In this document: in pieces, positions 1 to 12,300 of the stretch | How the letters are laid out: every line of letters begins with the position of its first letter | How positions within the stretch are numbered: the stretch's first letter is position 1 | The notes under the pieces: generated by a model | Told to the model about the DNA's origin: nothing | Databases searched by the model: none | What the model saw: only the letters and a program-made list of their open reading frames with translations | Translations under genes and position numbers: made by a program | Assembly (NCBI GenBank): GCA_977030845.1 | Contig: OZ365112.1 | Span: 12,958,001 to 13,022,000 of the forward strand | Direction: 5' to 3' | DNA: 64,000 nt | Source of the DNA: Fimbriosthenelais zetlandica | Lineage: Eukaryota

Positions 1-1225
1 GTCATCAGTCTTATTGCCCAATCGTCGAGATTTCATGTATATGATTCAGCATATGATATTCCCTATTTCATAGAGACCCCATGATGTTAACAAAATCTGG
101 ATAATCATGGTTTCTAAATTTTCCACAATTTTTCTTACGCGATGTATTGGATAAGGCCTAGGCATACAATGTATATCTATAAGAGATACTATAATATACG
201 AACTATATCGCATTTAAAAGATTATAATAATTCTCTACGATAATTGAAACTACGTTAAATAAAAAATATTGTGTAATTAAGGTAAGAAGTATTCTTACCA
301 GCAGTATATCTAAAAGAAACCGCGTCAAGTATTTAAGAGCACTCTCAAAGCTCTCCCTCGATGTAAGCAGAATTTAACTTTTTGAGATAGTGCCTTGCTA
401 AAAGATTGAGATTATATCACAGCATGCATACAGGCCAATATATTACATGGCAGAAGTATTTACATACAAGATATTCTGATGGTCTATAATTTAGTTATTC
501 CAAATCAATCCTCTCCAGAGTCCCCCGTCGTTCCTATCATCTGCATGCTTTGCATAAAAGACATTATCTATGTACATGTTACTGGTGCACTGGTGAGGAA
601 AGATTTTTTTAGAAAGATTTCAAGTCCGATAATGTATAATATACATGCAATTGTAGCCTACATACCTGTAATATAATTATTGAATTTTAAATTCAGGCTG
701 CATGCCTGTCTTAAGCCATAGAATCTCACTAAAGAAACAGCAAATTAATTAACAATTATACACAACTATGGAATGTCCCTATATGTAATGCATTTTTCGT
801 TTGCAAGAATGCCAAATAAGTGTACATGTAGTTTCATGATTCTTTAAAGAAAAGTTAAACATTCCATTTAAGGTGTCAAAGCCCAGTCATTTCGATATTA
901 TTAGCCCAATACATGTATCACACAGTACAGTGCAATAGTATAAAAATCCCAATTGTTTGAAAGTATGGCAACAATATATGCACCATTTTGACAGAGCTCT
1001 GAGTAGAAGACGCATTAAAAGTAAACATTATTTGTGGTTGATAACACTGAACCATGCATCCATCATACCTATACATGGAGATATCTAATCTCTGGAAAGA
1101 TTGGCCAAAATGCATGTCATAATAGCGTTTCACGCCATCAACACATTCAGACAAGTAATTATACCTTATGTTAAAACAAAGTAACATTTCTTTTTAAAAA
1201 GAGGGAAATTAAATATATGTTCCTA

Positions 1226-1703
1226 CTACCAGAATAATTTTAGACTAAGAGGAAAAAGTGATGCTGTGAATAGAATGAGGGGATGACAGATTCTGAGATG
1301 GCTAGCCAGGGACAGGCTATTCTTGATGTCAGTTTTACACATGTCTTTGCTCACTTCTTTGGTGTTACAATTATTTCCCTGGCAGCAATACATGCATAGC
1401 TCCTGCGTGAACCATTCTGTGGATTCAGACATCCCACATGAAATTTGATTTTCAAAGTAGCATGAGCGGGTCAGTGTCTTGGATGTCAAATTGAAGACCG
1501 TCTGAAAGAATCACGGGAATCAATTATAGCAAAAACATAAATATACCCTTTTTGTATGAGAAAGTTCTGTAATATTGTCATATCTGTATACTCACAAAGC
1601 ATGGGTTGTTGGAAGTATAACACATTTCAGTATTATTACTCATCGGTGAGGTACAATTATCTGCCATATTTGTAGTATTACATGAGTAGCACGTGTTGGG
1701 ACC
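1226..1703 (-). CDS. Two exons encoding the LU (Ly6/uPAR) domain and a GPI-anchor signal
   Basis: CxxC start (CYSC) and CxxCCxGNxCN end (LYPD6 has VCTSCCEGNICN). 11 Cys in the domain plus one after CN. N-glycosylation sequons NTT, NNT and NLT. C-terminus KNS-LSLASHLRICHPLILFTASLFPLSLKLFW*. Canonical GT-AG intron 1595-1502. Confidence 0.85.
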
Positions 1704-3895
1704 CTGCAGGGAAAAAGATCAAAATGATGGTGGTAAGAAAAAATATCTTAGTTTAAAATTAAATTTATCTTCTTCACTGTATGAGGTTTATTAGATACAC
1801 ATACATCTTGACCAGATCTAGGATGAAAAGAAACTATTGGGACAAGATTCCAATTAATCGACTTAATACTATACGCCTTTAGGAATCAATATATATTTAA
1901 TGTAGTGTACCCAGATTTATACAATACAAAACGCAGTGTTCATTATCAGTTGCCCTTGTTTCCTGCAACTATTGTAAGAAAAGGAAGTTACTTTCTCTCA
2001 CCTACATCCCTACCACTGTGGGCAAAGGCCCCAGGATAAAACCCATAAGTAAGAACAGGATGACCAGGCAACCAAATCGATGGTAACACACCCAGTACAT
2101 GGTCATAATATTGATCATCTCCATGGCAGTTAATATACAGCAAGCACATCAAATACGTCACATATTGTATGTCAATGTTTACTTTCAATATATAGCAACT
2201 ATTATAGCACTATTTATAAATGAAAGAGTTACTCATGAGCTCGCACAATGAATAGCTATACGAAAAGGTGTAGTTCAGTGTGCAGGCAAATAATTTTCTT
2301 AAAATCGGCTCCGTGATGCAGAGATTAAAGCTTCTAAGCTAGCCCATAATGTTAGAAAAACCAAAGAGGCAAGTGGTTCAAGGGATAGAAAATGACATTA
2401 AAGTATCTATCAGATACATGTACTTTAAACTTCTACCATACTATGAAAGAATGATTCAATCTGACTTTGACTTTGACTACTGATCACAAGTCTGACAACA
2501 GAACAAAGAATCTTCACAGACATAATTCTTCTTTTAGAAGGATTCTGAGAAGATCTACTTACAGACACAGGTATTGGAGAGATTCGCCTTTGTGGAGTGG
2601 TAGAGGGAAATTGAGAGGGAGGAGTGACAACAGAAGGTACCACAGATATGGTTGCTGATAGATTATCGTCTAATGAGGTGTTAATAGTGTTATCAAAATT
2701 GTCATGGGTTATTGATAAATGTGTGGATTCAGTTATTGAAAGTATAGCAGACGAATAAGAAGATAGGTTACTTCCCTGGATTTCTGGATTTTTTACTGTA
2801 TGTATTGCAGGGGTTAAATTTAATCTATCTGCCATTGTTCCAACTGCATTGTTTTCAGATTCTGTATTTAAAGGGCGTCTATAACTAATTGTTGATCCCT
2901 GTCTAGTTTTACTACTCTGTATTCTTGCTGAGCGCCATCTATCTGTGGTTCCTACAGGATTTGGCAACTGAATTCTCATAATAGTTCTGGGCCAAATCGG
3001 AAACTGAGAGTTCAGCAAGGTAAGGAGGATTCGAGGGAGAGGCAAGAGGGCAAGAGAAGCATGCAAAGATATGAATATAATAGATATAGATCTATTGAAA
3101 CAAATATTCATAAAAAATAAACAGTTTTAGAACTTGCTGTATTATCAGAGAATTCAAACTAGTTGCAGGTAAAACATCTCCCAAAGACCAGATATAGGTG
3201 AAAGTTAAGTTCGGCTGTTAGTGAAATCATTATAGCCTTTACTCCTTAACATAAGTCACTTTTCTTACTTACCATAGTCGATCCTACAGCATTGGCATCC
3301 GTGGTATTTCCCATATCACCAGTAACTGTTGTTGCAACATTGTTGTTGGCTGTTGCAGATGTTGTGTCGACATCCCCAGATGTTGCACTACCTCCAGCAC
3401 TGGCTGTTGTGTCACTGGTATCTGATGTGACACCAGTTGCAGCAGTTGTTGCCATATTGCTGTCTGAGGTTCCACCACCATCACCGTTTGATGTTGTGGC
3501 ATCATTGGAGGAGGTATCTCCAGCTGCGGCAGTGGTGGCATCATTATTTGATGCCGTCGTTACTCCTCCAGAAGCTGTTGTTGCTTCTTGGGTCATAGCA
3601 GAATTTGTTGCATCATTGGATTGAGTGCTGGAGTCTGCACTAGACGCTGGTTGAACTGTAGTTGCAGGTGTGACATTTGGGATAAGATGAGCCAAGAGGG
3701 CAGCCAAGACTGAAATGCAATGCAAGATATGATTATGCTTCCAATTAAGTTTGAAACAACATTATTTAGATGATTAATATGAAGAATAGATGCTGATTAT
3801 ATCTGAGGTACATCTGTGAAAGTGTTTAAATAAAACAGGTTCAAATGTGAAGAAAGGTATTTACCAAAGGCACATGGTGTTCCTAGATAAGTCAT
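1226..3895 (-). CDS. GPI-anchored Ly6/uPAR (three-finger, LYPD6-like) protein with N-terminal Thr/Ser-rich mucin-like region (spliced; isoform structure uncertain)
   Basis: Exon 3895-3865 (ATG, MTYLGTPCAF, donor G|GTAAAT, phase 1) joins 3709-3273 (acceptor ttgcatttcAG, donor ATG|GTAAGT, phase 0). This gives the signal peptide MTYLGTPCAFVLAALLAHLIPNVTPA plus a Thr/Ala/Asp-rich tract. Common exons are 1703-1596 (GPNTCYSC...NPCF, ttccctgcAG / GTGAGT) and 1501-1226 (..ELCMYCCQGNNCN.., hydrophobic C-terminal tail, stop). All junctions are phase-compatible, but which upstream exons join the LU exons is inferred. Confidence 0.7.
2014..2124 (-). CDS. Candidate alternative first coding exon (signal peptide) for a short LU isoform
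   Basis: ATG at 2124 gives MEMINIMTMYWVCYHRFGCLVILFLLMGFILGPLPTV (37 codons, hydrophobic core). It ends at a phase-0 donor GTG|GTAGGG that is in frame with the LU exon at 1703. This frame is not in the ORF track. Confidence 0.5.
2425..3111 (-). CDS. Ser/Thr-rich ORF; candidate internal mucin exon (about 3003-2437) or independent signal-peptide exon
   Basis: 228-codon open frame rich in S/T/N. A long pyrimidine tract precedes a phase-0 acceptor ctctcAG|TTT at 3003. Possible weak phase-0 donor ATG|GTAGAA at 2437. The ORF's own N-terminus is also hydrophobic. Confidence 0.45.
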   Translation of the reverse strand: MNICFNRSISIIFISLHASLALLPLPRILLTLLNSQFPIWPRTIMRIQLPNPVGTTDRWRSARIQSSKTRQGSTISYRRPLNTESENNAVGTMADRLNLTPAIHTVKNPEIQGSNLSSYSSAILSITESTHLSITHDNFDNTINTSLDDNLSATISVVPSVVTPPSQFPSTTPQRRISPIPVSVSRSSQNPSKRRIMSVKILCSVVRLVISSQSQSQIESFFHSMVEV

Positions 3896-4875
3896 TATAG
3901 CATTCAGTCACTCGTCCCACAATCCAAAATTCAAGTCTGAAAGGTTTAAAAACGAAATTTAAGGAGGACATTTCAAATAAATTATATGCAACTATACAAG
4001 TTTATACCTACCTAGTGCCAACGTAAAATTTTCCGTTTTTATGTCCCAAATGATATAAATTTTGGTACAAAATACATACCAGCATAAATCAGATTGTGCC
4101 TGAAATGAGTAGAGACTCGACCAATGCAAAGGAGGCTGAGGGAGATAATTGATATTTAATACGTGATAGTGCAATAAATCGTAGAGCACATGTGATCTGC
4201 CTTGTAGCCTCTGATTGGTATGAGCATGCAGCAAATGTCGCAGTTGCGTGGTCTCCCGCCACCCACACATAACACCATATGGTGGGTGTCCAGATTGAGG
4301 ATCATGTGTTAAGACAACATTTGCATGTCTGACCTGTAATCCATGCAAATTTTAAAAATATACTTGTGACGATAGGAAAAATATTTCTTGGCGACAGGAG
4401 ATGATTAAACATTACATATGACAGCCGTTTGAAGGTTCTCACGCATCAACAAGACTTTATATTAATAAAACGTTTAGATTAATGAAATTAAGGACTTCGA
4501 AGAAAGTTATCAAAAATTATTATCATTCAGTATTATTCTTTATAATCAGGAGAGGGGAATGCATATACTTCTAATATTCAAAACCCTGTCATCCCTGGTA
4601 AATCAGACAAACATTTCCAGGACTATAAAACACTTTAAGTGATTAGCAGACAAAAAAGCTAGGACAAAATGGGAAAACAAGAAAACTAACCTTTTGTGAT
4701 AAGAATACCAAATGAATTGGAATTAAGTATAAATCCTTGTGGATCAGATTCCACAGATATATCCCTGGGCTTCTGTGTGCATAGTAACTAGTAAATGAGA
4801 AACGATGAGCGCGGCAAACTCATATAGGCCCTACCGCGTGGCTTATATTTGGTGAAGCACAGGTAAGAGCGGCAT

Positions 4876-4913
4876 ATCTCCATGACAACGCATGACGTAA
4901 CATCCGCCAATCA
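4876..4913 (-). promoter_or_regulatory. Putative promoter module of the mucin-LU gene: X-box + CRE/ETS-like + CCAAT
   Basis: ATCTCCATGACAAC (4876-4889) fits the X-box consensus RTHNYY-WT-RRNRAC. TGACGTAA is at 4893-4900 and CCAATCA at 4907-4913. It lies just upstream of a minus-strand non-coding exon ending AAG|GTTAGT at 4691. Confidence 0.45.
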
Positions 4914-6123
4914 GAGGGAGTGCATGGTTCACCAAGGTGGCAGGCGGCAAACAGGGCCACTATAATATGTATACATGCTTATAGACACAACAAATAGGTT
5001 ATGAAATAAGCCTCAGGGACATGACTATGAACTGTTTCAATGTTATGCAATAAATGCGTCCCTGAGATATTAATTATGTTTAAGAAGATCCACTAATATT
5101 CAAATATCCCATGGCTTAATATTATATAAAACCTATGGGCATACTCTATTAAAAAGTCTAAATAACATTTCTATATTATAATAATCATTCTATATCACTT
5201 GAAAATCCGGAATTGAGTGCGACAAATGAGAAGATAAGTTTCCTATATTCATATCAACGATCTAAACTGTCTGGGTCAACTTTTCTGGGTCATTACTTTT
5301 GTTTGGTCATTCTAAGGATTTAATTCACACACACAGTTGAGTGGCCATGTGGTCATGTTCTTTTTTTGCTCATATTTTTCATCCTCTTTTATTGTTTCGT
5401 ACCTGTGTTGCGTAAGCATCATTAGAAATCTTTACAACCTTCACCAATCCAATTAAAATCTCTATGCTATGGTCTGATACCATGTCATGTATTAGCAAGC
5501 ACACGTATATTATAGTCTCTCATAAATAGAGGTTGACATAGAGGTGGAAATAGATATATATCCTATTTGAGACGTTGCTCCCCGCAACCAACGTCATTCT
5601 ATACTTCAGATCGATACCGATTTAAGAGATAATTGAATAATAATGGAGAGGAGAATAGTTCATGGAACCAATAGACCAATTAAGTGATAAATAGATGGCA
5701 TCCTGCATAAAGGACTGATATCTAATCTTCCCAATTACGAACTTTAACTTAATAAGAATGTGCTTCTAGAATTCCGAGGGGGTCCTTCCATCATATCTTT
5801 CAGAAAAATGTTTTATGATTTTCTTGTACTAAAATGAGAACTAACATTTTGCGACGCTTTTTGTTACACGAATTATAAGTATTAAGGCTCGGGAATGGTT
5901 CATAAACAGTTAGCATGCGTCTGTGAAATGGAGAGGGGACCACATGTGTGCAATTGATGCCACCCTAGGCGATCTTAAAACTAAATGGTCAAACTATTTT
6001 CTTTCACCAAATTTGAGGAGGAGGTTGGTTGGAAATGGGAGATGGGTAGATGGCAGTGGACATTGTAGACGGAAGCAGAGATGGTGGAAGCGAGAGTCGC
6101 TTCAACAATATGTATAAATTGCT

Positions 6124-6377
6124 AAATTGCCCAATTCATAATAAATATCATTCAATGCCAGATGGGTGATGGCAAGCAGGTGTTGCGAGATTGGTGGACA
6201 TACGGGAAGGTGGGAGGGTGTTAGAGAGGGTGGTAAGACTGGGGTGTGGGTATTGGCCAGGGAATGAGAGACGTAGACAGCCAAGGTATAGGATTTACCT
6301 ATATTTGCCCATTAATAATGCTATTCACCTAATTAAATTGCCGAATTCATAATAAATGCCAATCAATGCCAGATGGG
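6124..6377 (+). repeat. Imperfect 43-bp direct repeat pair (offset 211 bp)
   Basis: aaattgcccaattcataataaatatcattcaatgccagatggg (6124-6166) versus aaattgccgaattcataataaatgccaatcaatgccagatggg (6335-6377), 39/43 identical. Confidence 0.75.
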
Positions 6378-9300
6378 AGGTAGGAAGCAAGTTTTGCAGG
6401 ATAAATTATAGACATAAAATTTATTTGTAACATTATATAGAGATCAGTATATATAACATGTATAGGCCTACACGTGGAAAACCAGTATATATATACTGGA
6501 CAGTAGGAGGCCACCCTCAGGGCCTGTGAATACAGAATTACATGGTGATCTGGTAATAAAAGCCGACCCTGAGATATTCTATGGGCAGATTATGATATTA
6601 ATATTCAAGATTATACAAAGGGATTCCCTTTCCAATTATGTTGGCTATACCAAGACTGAATACAAATACAAAATTAAGCTTGATGATACAGCATATATAT
6701 ACTGATCGATAATATACCCGTGCCTTTGATTAACTGAACTTATTATATAATCCAGATTAGATTAATCAAAGCGCTCATCTCCATGGGTGGATTAGTATTT
6801 GGGAAGGAAGGACCAACTTGCTTACATTACATAGGATTTTTATAGCCGAATAAAATGTGGCCAAAGTCATGGAATAGTGACATGACTTTACACAGGGTAA
6901 ATTCATGATGAGATGAGTCTATGAATTTCACGTGCACGTGCGGGTTCCTGGGGGACACAGTGCACTAAAACAATAGTAAGTTGGGAAGCATGATACTTGA
7001 ATGATTTACTGCGCATGGCAGGGAGACGGTGAGTCTGGAATGACGGGCATTTGGAGGACATCAGAGATCTCCTTCACTCTAGTGCATTGTTTAAACACAA
7101 ACAGATCGATCATGACGGGCATAATATTTGCTCTCCCTTCTAGATCCGTGCAAGCCTTTTGTCGAATTATTTTAGGACACCCCACGTGCGTATTAATGGT
7201 GTATAACGAGTATTTATCAAACATGCTGTCGGGATATTCCATCCCGATACCTACTTGCTTTTTACATGCAAGGTCAGCTTTAATAAGGGAGAGTTATCCT
7301 AAATTAATTTTTTCAAGGTATAAATGCGATTTTAAGCACTATAGTTTAGATATACTAACGCGCCTAATTTTTCAGTCAAATTGGAGATAAATAATTATAT
7401 AACTACATATAAATAGATAAATTCAATAAAACTCCCTAGCTGTTTGCCCGATAAATTTTATTTCGCGTGCGTCTACTTAACCAGTTTTAATTAATTTGGG
7501 CAACGTTCATGCATGGCATTGTATAACCTGATGCATAATTCAGGCAAATAAGGTAAGTTTCATGTTAATCCTAGGGCCTATATATATTATAGGCTTATAC
7601 ATATGTATATGAATACAAATTTAATGTGCAATATTGCGCAGCTCTAGACTGTGAAAACAAACTAGACTGGAGATACGTTTTTGCAAATGTGAAATATTTG
7701 CCAGGATTCAGCGACTGTATTATTCCACAACACATACAGGTATATTTTCTGTCAGCGTTCACCTGTTCCCTTTGAGACGGACATTACAGGTGATGGACAT
7801 TTGATGACTCACTTTTAATGGTGAAATAATACCCAATCCTCTGACAAGTCATTGGTAAACCGAGGACGTAAAAAGTTCGTTAACCAGAATTCGCACAGTA
7901 CTTCAGAATCTGGAGACAGATCATTTCATTTTGATTAATGAAGGCGAATTATCTATTTGCTGCTCGCCAGATTTAGTGACGTATTTAATAATTAGGCATG
8001 GATCCTAATAATCTATATCAGTTAAGTAAAAAATAAAAAAAAATTTAGCTGACATTTAATAGCATGAGGTTCAAATTGCCAATATATGGCACGATCTGTC
8101 TGAGCTGTATCCGTCCAATCACATTGAAATCATATCCATTAAATTTTGATAATGTAAAAGGGGGAGTCCCATGGCTAATATATCAGCATCATTCTGTCAT
8201 GTCAAAATGTTGTTTTGTTAATTTCAATCATAGTAAATGTATGTGAATTATACGTCTCCGAGACAAAAGATCTGGTTGAATAGTCCGCCTGTAACTCATT
8301 TCTTATTTATAATGTCAACATAAAGTTTATTTCGAGACTTCAAGTGCATTTTAGTTCAAACTTTGGGACAATGCTGAACACGTTATGTAAATTGTGCCAT
8401 TGGCTTGTCTGCTATCCAAAAGTGTTTTTCTCTATAAATCACTTGAATTCAAATAAAATACGAAGTCCAACTGCCTACAGGTTCGCAGAATTTACATTCA
8501 TTTAAATGTTAATCATTGTGGGTAGACGAATATTTGTATTTCTACTTTAAACAATGTCGTATTTTTTGGCGTGAAAGTTCAACATAGTAACTTTTAAAGG
8601 ATCAAATACTTGGACATCTGCGTGACATTGCAATTCAGTACCATTTATGCAAATAAAAAAAGCAATAAATGGAAAAATAATGGACACAAGAAATTTCAAT
8701 ATGAGAAAATTAGTTACCATATGAAATTATATATGCATCTCTTATATCTCCATGAAATAAAATGGTTTATATCTAAAAAAACATACCTTTTCCAGAGTCC
8801 TATGTTTTGGTATCCACCAGGATGAAGTTTATTTTTAATACTCCGTATTTTAACGAAATTGATCACAGGTGCAAGAGAAGAGATTAAAACAACAGCATAT
8901 GTGATAATCCTTTCAGGGGGGTAAAGGATAACTTTATCACTGGTATTGGTCCTTTTCTGGGAAAAACACCACACAGTAGAAATAGGGTATATTTTTAGAC
9001 TGGGGGTTCACTAAAAGCTCCTGGGTTCCTCTGCTCCCATCACCAACACCATGTCTTCACCTCCTGTTCAATGGTATCAACAGATTGAGTTTACCCAGGA
9101 CATGTACCTGGAGAGACTTTCCTCCTCCAGGTGTGGGTGGCTAGGGCTGGGAAGTATGAACCTATATAGGGTCCCAGGGATGCTCTTAATCCTGATGCTG
9201 GTGCTGCCTGTTTGCCTCCCTCCTCTCTTCTGGCAGTGGGGCAGGGGGTTCAGGCAGCAGCTTGTGGCCAACATGCCCATTACCAGTTAAATGGTTTTTA

Positions 9301-12300
9301 CTAGTGGGTATCATTAAATGGAATCAAATTCTAACCCCCTGCTGACATTCATGCTGACTCATACATGTACACATACCATCCCATCTAGACAAGATCTGAA
9401 ATCGTAGGTTGTTTTCAAAATCAGATTCAATTCACCTGAATGAACAAAACTAAAATGACATTTGGGCAAACACCACTACAACAGGTCCAATGCTGGAACC
9501 TATCCCTCCTAACCTATATACACCGATATGGTAAAATTATGTAAAATTCAAACAAACCGTCAGGAATAAATATTAGAATTTCTGTTCAGGGTTTTTTTTA
9601 GCCATGTAATTGATTTTATCTTAAATATTCAATTACTGCCCAGTTCTGAAATCAATGCATGCTTGTGATGAAATTTCGATAACATTATTTAATACTTTTT
9701 ACATGACATCAACACAATTTCCTCTCCTAGATAAGCGCTTGAAAGGGGAGCCATCCAATGTAATGTAAACTGTTCAAACACATTGTATGGCACGTTCAGG
9801 TGCTTTGGGAAATCAGTTGCACCTGATGATGGTAGTCATAGGTAAACCGGCCATCTACACAGAAGACTTTCGTTTAGGAAGGTTTGTAACAAGTTCTATG
9901 ATATATATTAAGGCATGTCCTACGGCAATTTTAGTTTCTGATCAACTGCAGCTTTGGCAAGCAGCAAGAAGCAAGCTGTAAATGATTGCATTTGGGCTTG
10001 CAACAAGTAATTACGTTTGGGATATTGGGCTAACCATATGTCACTGGCTTAATGGTGTCAATTGGAAAATATTCCATTCCAGTCTATAGTTTTGAATTGG
10101 CAGCCAGCAATTGTATGAAAATGTTCAGCCAACAATTTTAAGGTAAATATTTGAACATACAATATGTAGTACTATTAGAAAGTTACATAATTATGGAAAT
10201 TGAATGTCATGAGAGTGGGAATATTCCATTATTTGTTATAGGACCTATGTGGTTTACCGCCTTCAGATAAGGACAGACCATACACAATGGTAAATGTCCA
10301 TGTTATTGCCTGGGGTTTGTATGGAGGGGATGTACATGATTATTAGCTGTTTGCATGTGGGGGCTATAGACTAGTGGAGAGCTCTAGTCTGTACTGTAAC
10401 TGGCAATATTGATAACCTGCAGGACTGGTTTATGTCTGAGAAAACACCAATCTCAACCCGTCCATTATCTTCAGAGGAACAGAGGGCTGTCGGTCGACCA
10501 TGTTGGAGTTTTGTATGGATTATATCTGAGATTGATTATAAAATTGGGGGATATATTCTGGCGGCAAAAGAGTTTTATGTTCACATGATCGAAAAAATCA
10601 CTTTCAAGATTACTGGGTTATATATGTATATATGACTAATAAAGTCAGGGAGTGAAACATATTCAAATTTAAAGGAGACAAACATTATTTTCCATACACT
10701 ATTGAAGAGATATAAAAGTATGGATTGAGATTTGGGATTGATTTAGATTTTAAAGATGACCAAGTTCTGATTCAACAGTGCCCCACACATGAGAACCCCA
10801 TCAAGAAAGTATTGATTCACTTGGTCTGCAGAATATTAAACCATCGATCTTGATATTTCAATGACAAGGTCCAGAAAGAGCATTTTAATGAAGGGGCAAT
10901 AATAGTAACTCGAGTCCATACACACTAAAAAGAAATAAATCATGAATTTCTTTAACCCATTCCCACCTAATATCCCCTCCTTTTTAGGTTTAGACCTTTT
11001 TACTTGGGCGGCTACACTATTGAACAATGGCATGTTTTTAACCAAATGTAGTTCCGTACTGATGTGGCTGTCTGGGAGGGAGGGGTATACCTGGGGTGGG
11101 GTGGAACAAGTGGGGTGGGGTAAAAAGATGGGAGGGGCAAAACACAGTCCCAGGGGTTGGCAATCGACCCCAGTGGGTGGTGGACTGCCCTAGGCAGTTA
11201 ACATGGACGTGTGTATGGGTGGGTGGTGCTATTTCCCCCCGCTATAGCTCTTGGCAGACGAACCGACACCCTCACCCTCCCACACTACCTGCTACTGTGG
11301 TCAGATAATCCAGTTCATCACAACAATTCTACCCATCCACATCACAGAAAGTAAGCCCCTGGCTAACACTGTGGTCGGGGAGAAAATGAGAAAGCATCCG
11401 CCTCATTTGACATTATTACCTTCAAGGTGTAATATTGGTGTAATGTTGCTTTCACTGTTGAATGTGTGCAATGGAACTCCGATGTAAGGATGTATAACAT
11501 TATATACAGTAAAATAAAGCCTTCTAATAATTATTGCTTAAGGACATGGCACTTTTAGATAATGTTTTAGATACTATTATACATGTTTAACTCTTATTTC
11601 AGTCATAAACTCCTATATTAGTGACTTAAATAATCATATATTTGGAACATTGACGCACAATCATAAATCGCAGAATGAGAAGCAGTTTCTATAGCATTCG
11701 GCTATGGTCAGAATGGTCAGTTTTTTGAGAATCGAAAGCATAGTATATGGTTATTGAGTGTCGTTATTCTAATAGCATATACATGTGCATATTGACAAAG
11801 GAGGCAATGTAGGATTTATTTTCTAATGTGGGCTATCATTATATGAAGTAAATCACATATATTCTAGATAGTAGCTGTTCAAATCCCCCAATAGGGATCC
11901 ACGGAGGTGTAAATAAATTCTATCTGCAATTAAAATGGTCCTGAATACAGGGATTTTGAGGAACATGGATGGGCCTGGTTTTGAAAACATTTAACTTGTA
12001 CAATCATGCCTTTATACATGGAGGATGGAGCAGGGCAGGTGGATCTGGAGGGTGGGACTGCAAGACATGCAGGTGTACTCAGAATAGACTGGCCTTTTAT
12101 TGATGTAAAGGTTTGAACACAATGGTACCCACAATACAAATTGTCATGTGGGCCGTGCCTACTTGGAACCCTGACTATAATTGCAACGGAACCAGCGTCT
12201 ATGGACAGTTTATATATACTACTTACACGCTCAATGTTTAATAGTGAAGGCCCATTATACTCCAATAACAATACAGAGCATTTTCAGTGTTAGGCGTGGA

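Noticed and set aside
3284-3624. Overlapping ORFs 3284-3544(-) and 3292-3624(+)
   Set aside because: Shadow frames of the repetitive Thr-rich exon.
4876-4913. True MHC class II-type S-X-Y enhanceosome
   Set aside because: The X2-to-Y spacing is 6 bp rather than about 20, and the order and orientation relative to the gene differ; reported only as an analogous motif cluster.
7001-7390. Overlapping 129-aa (+) and 78-aa (-) ORFs
   Set aside because: No recognisable domain and no convincing splice sites.
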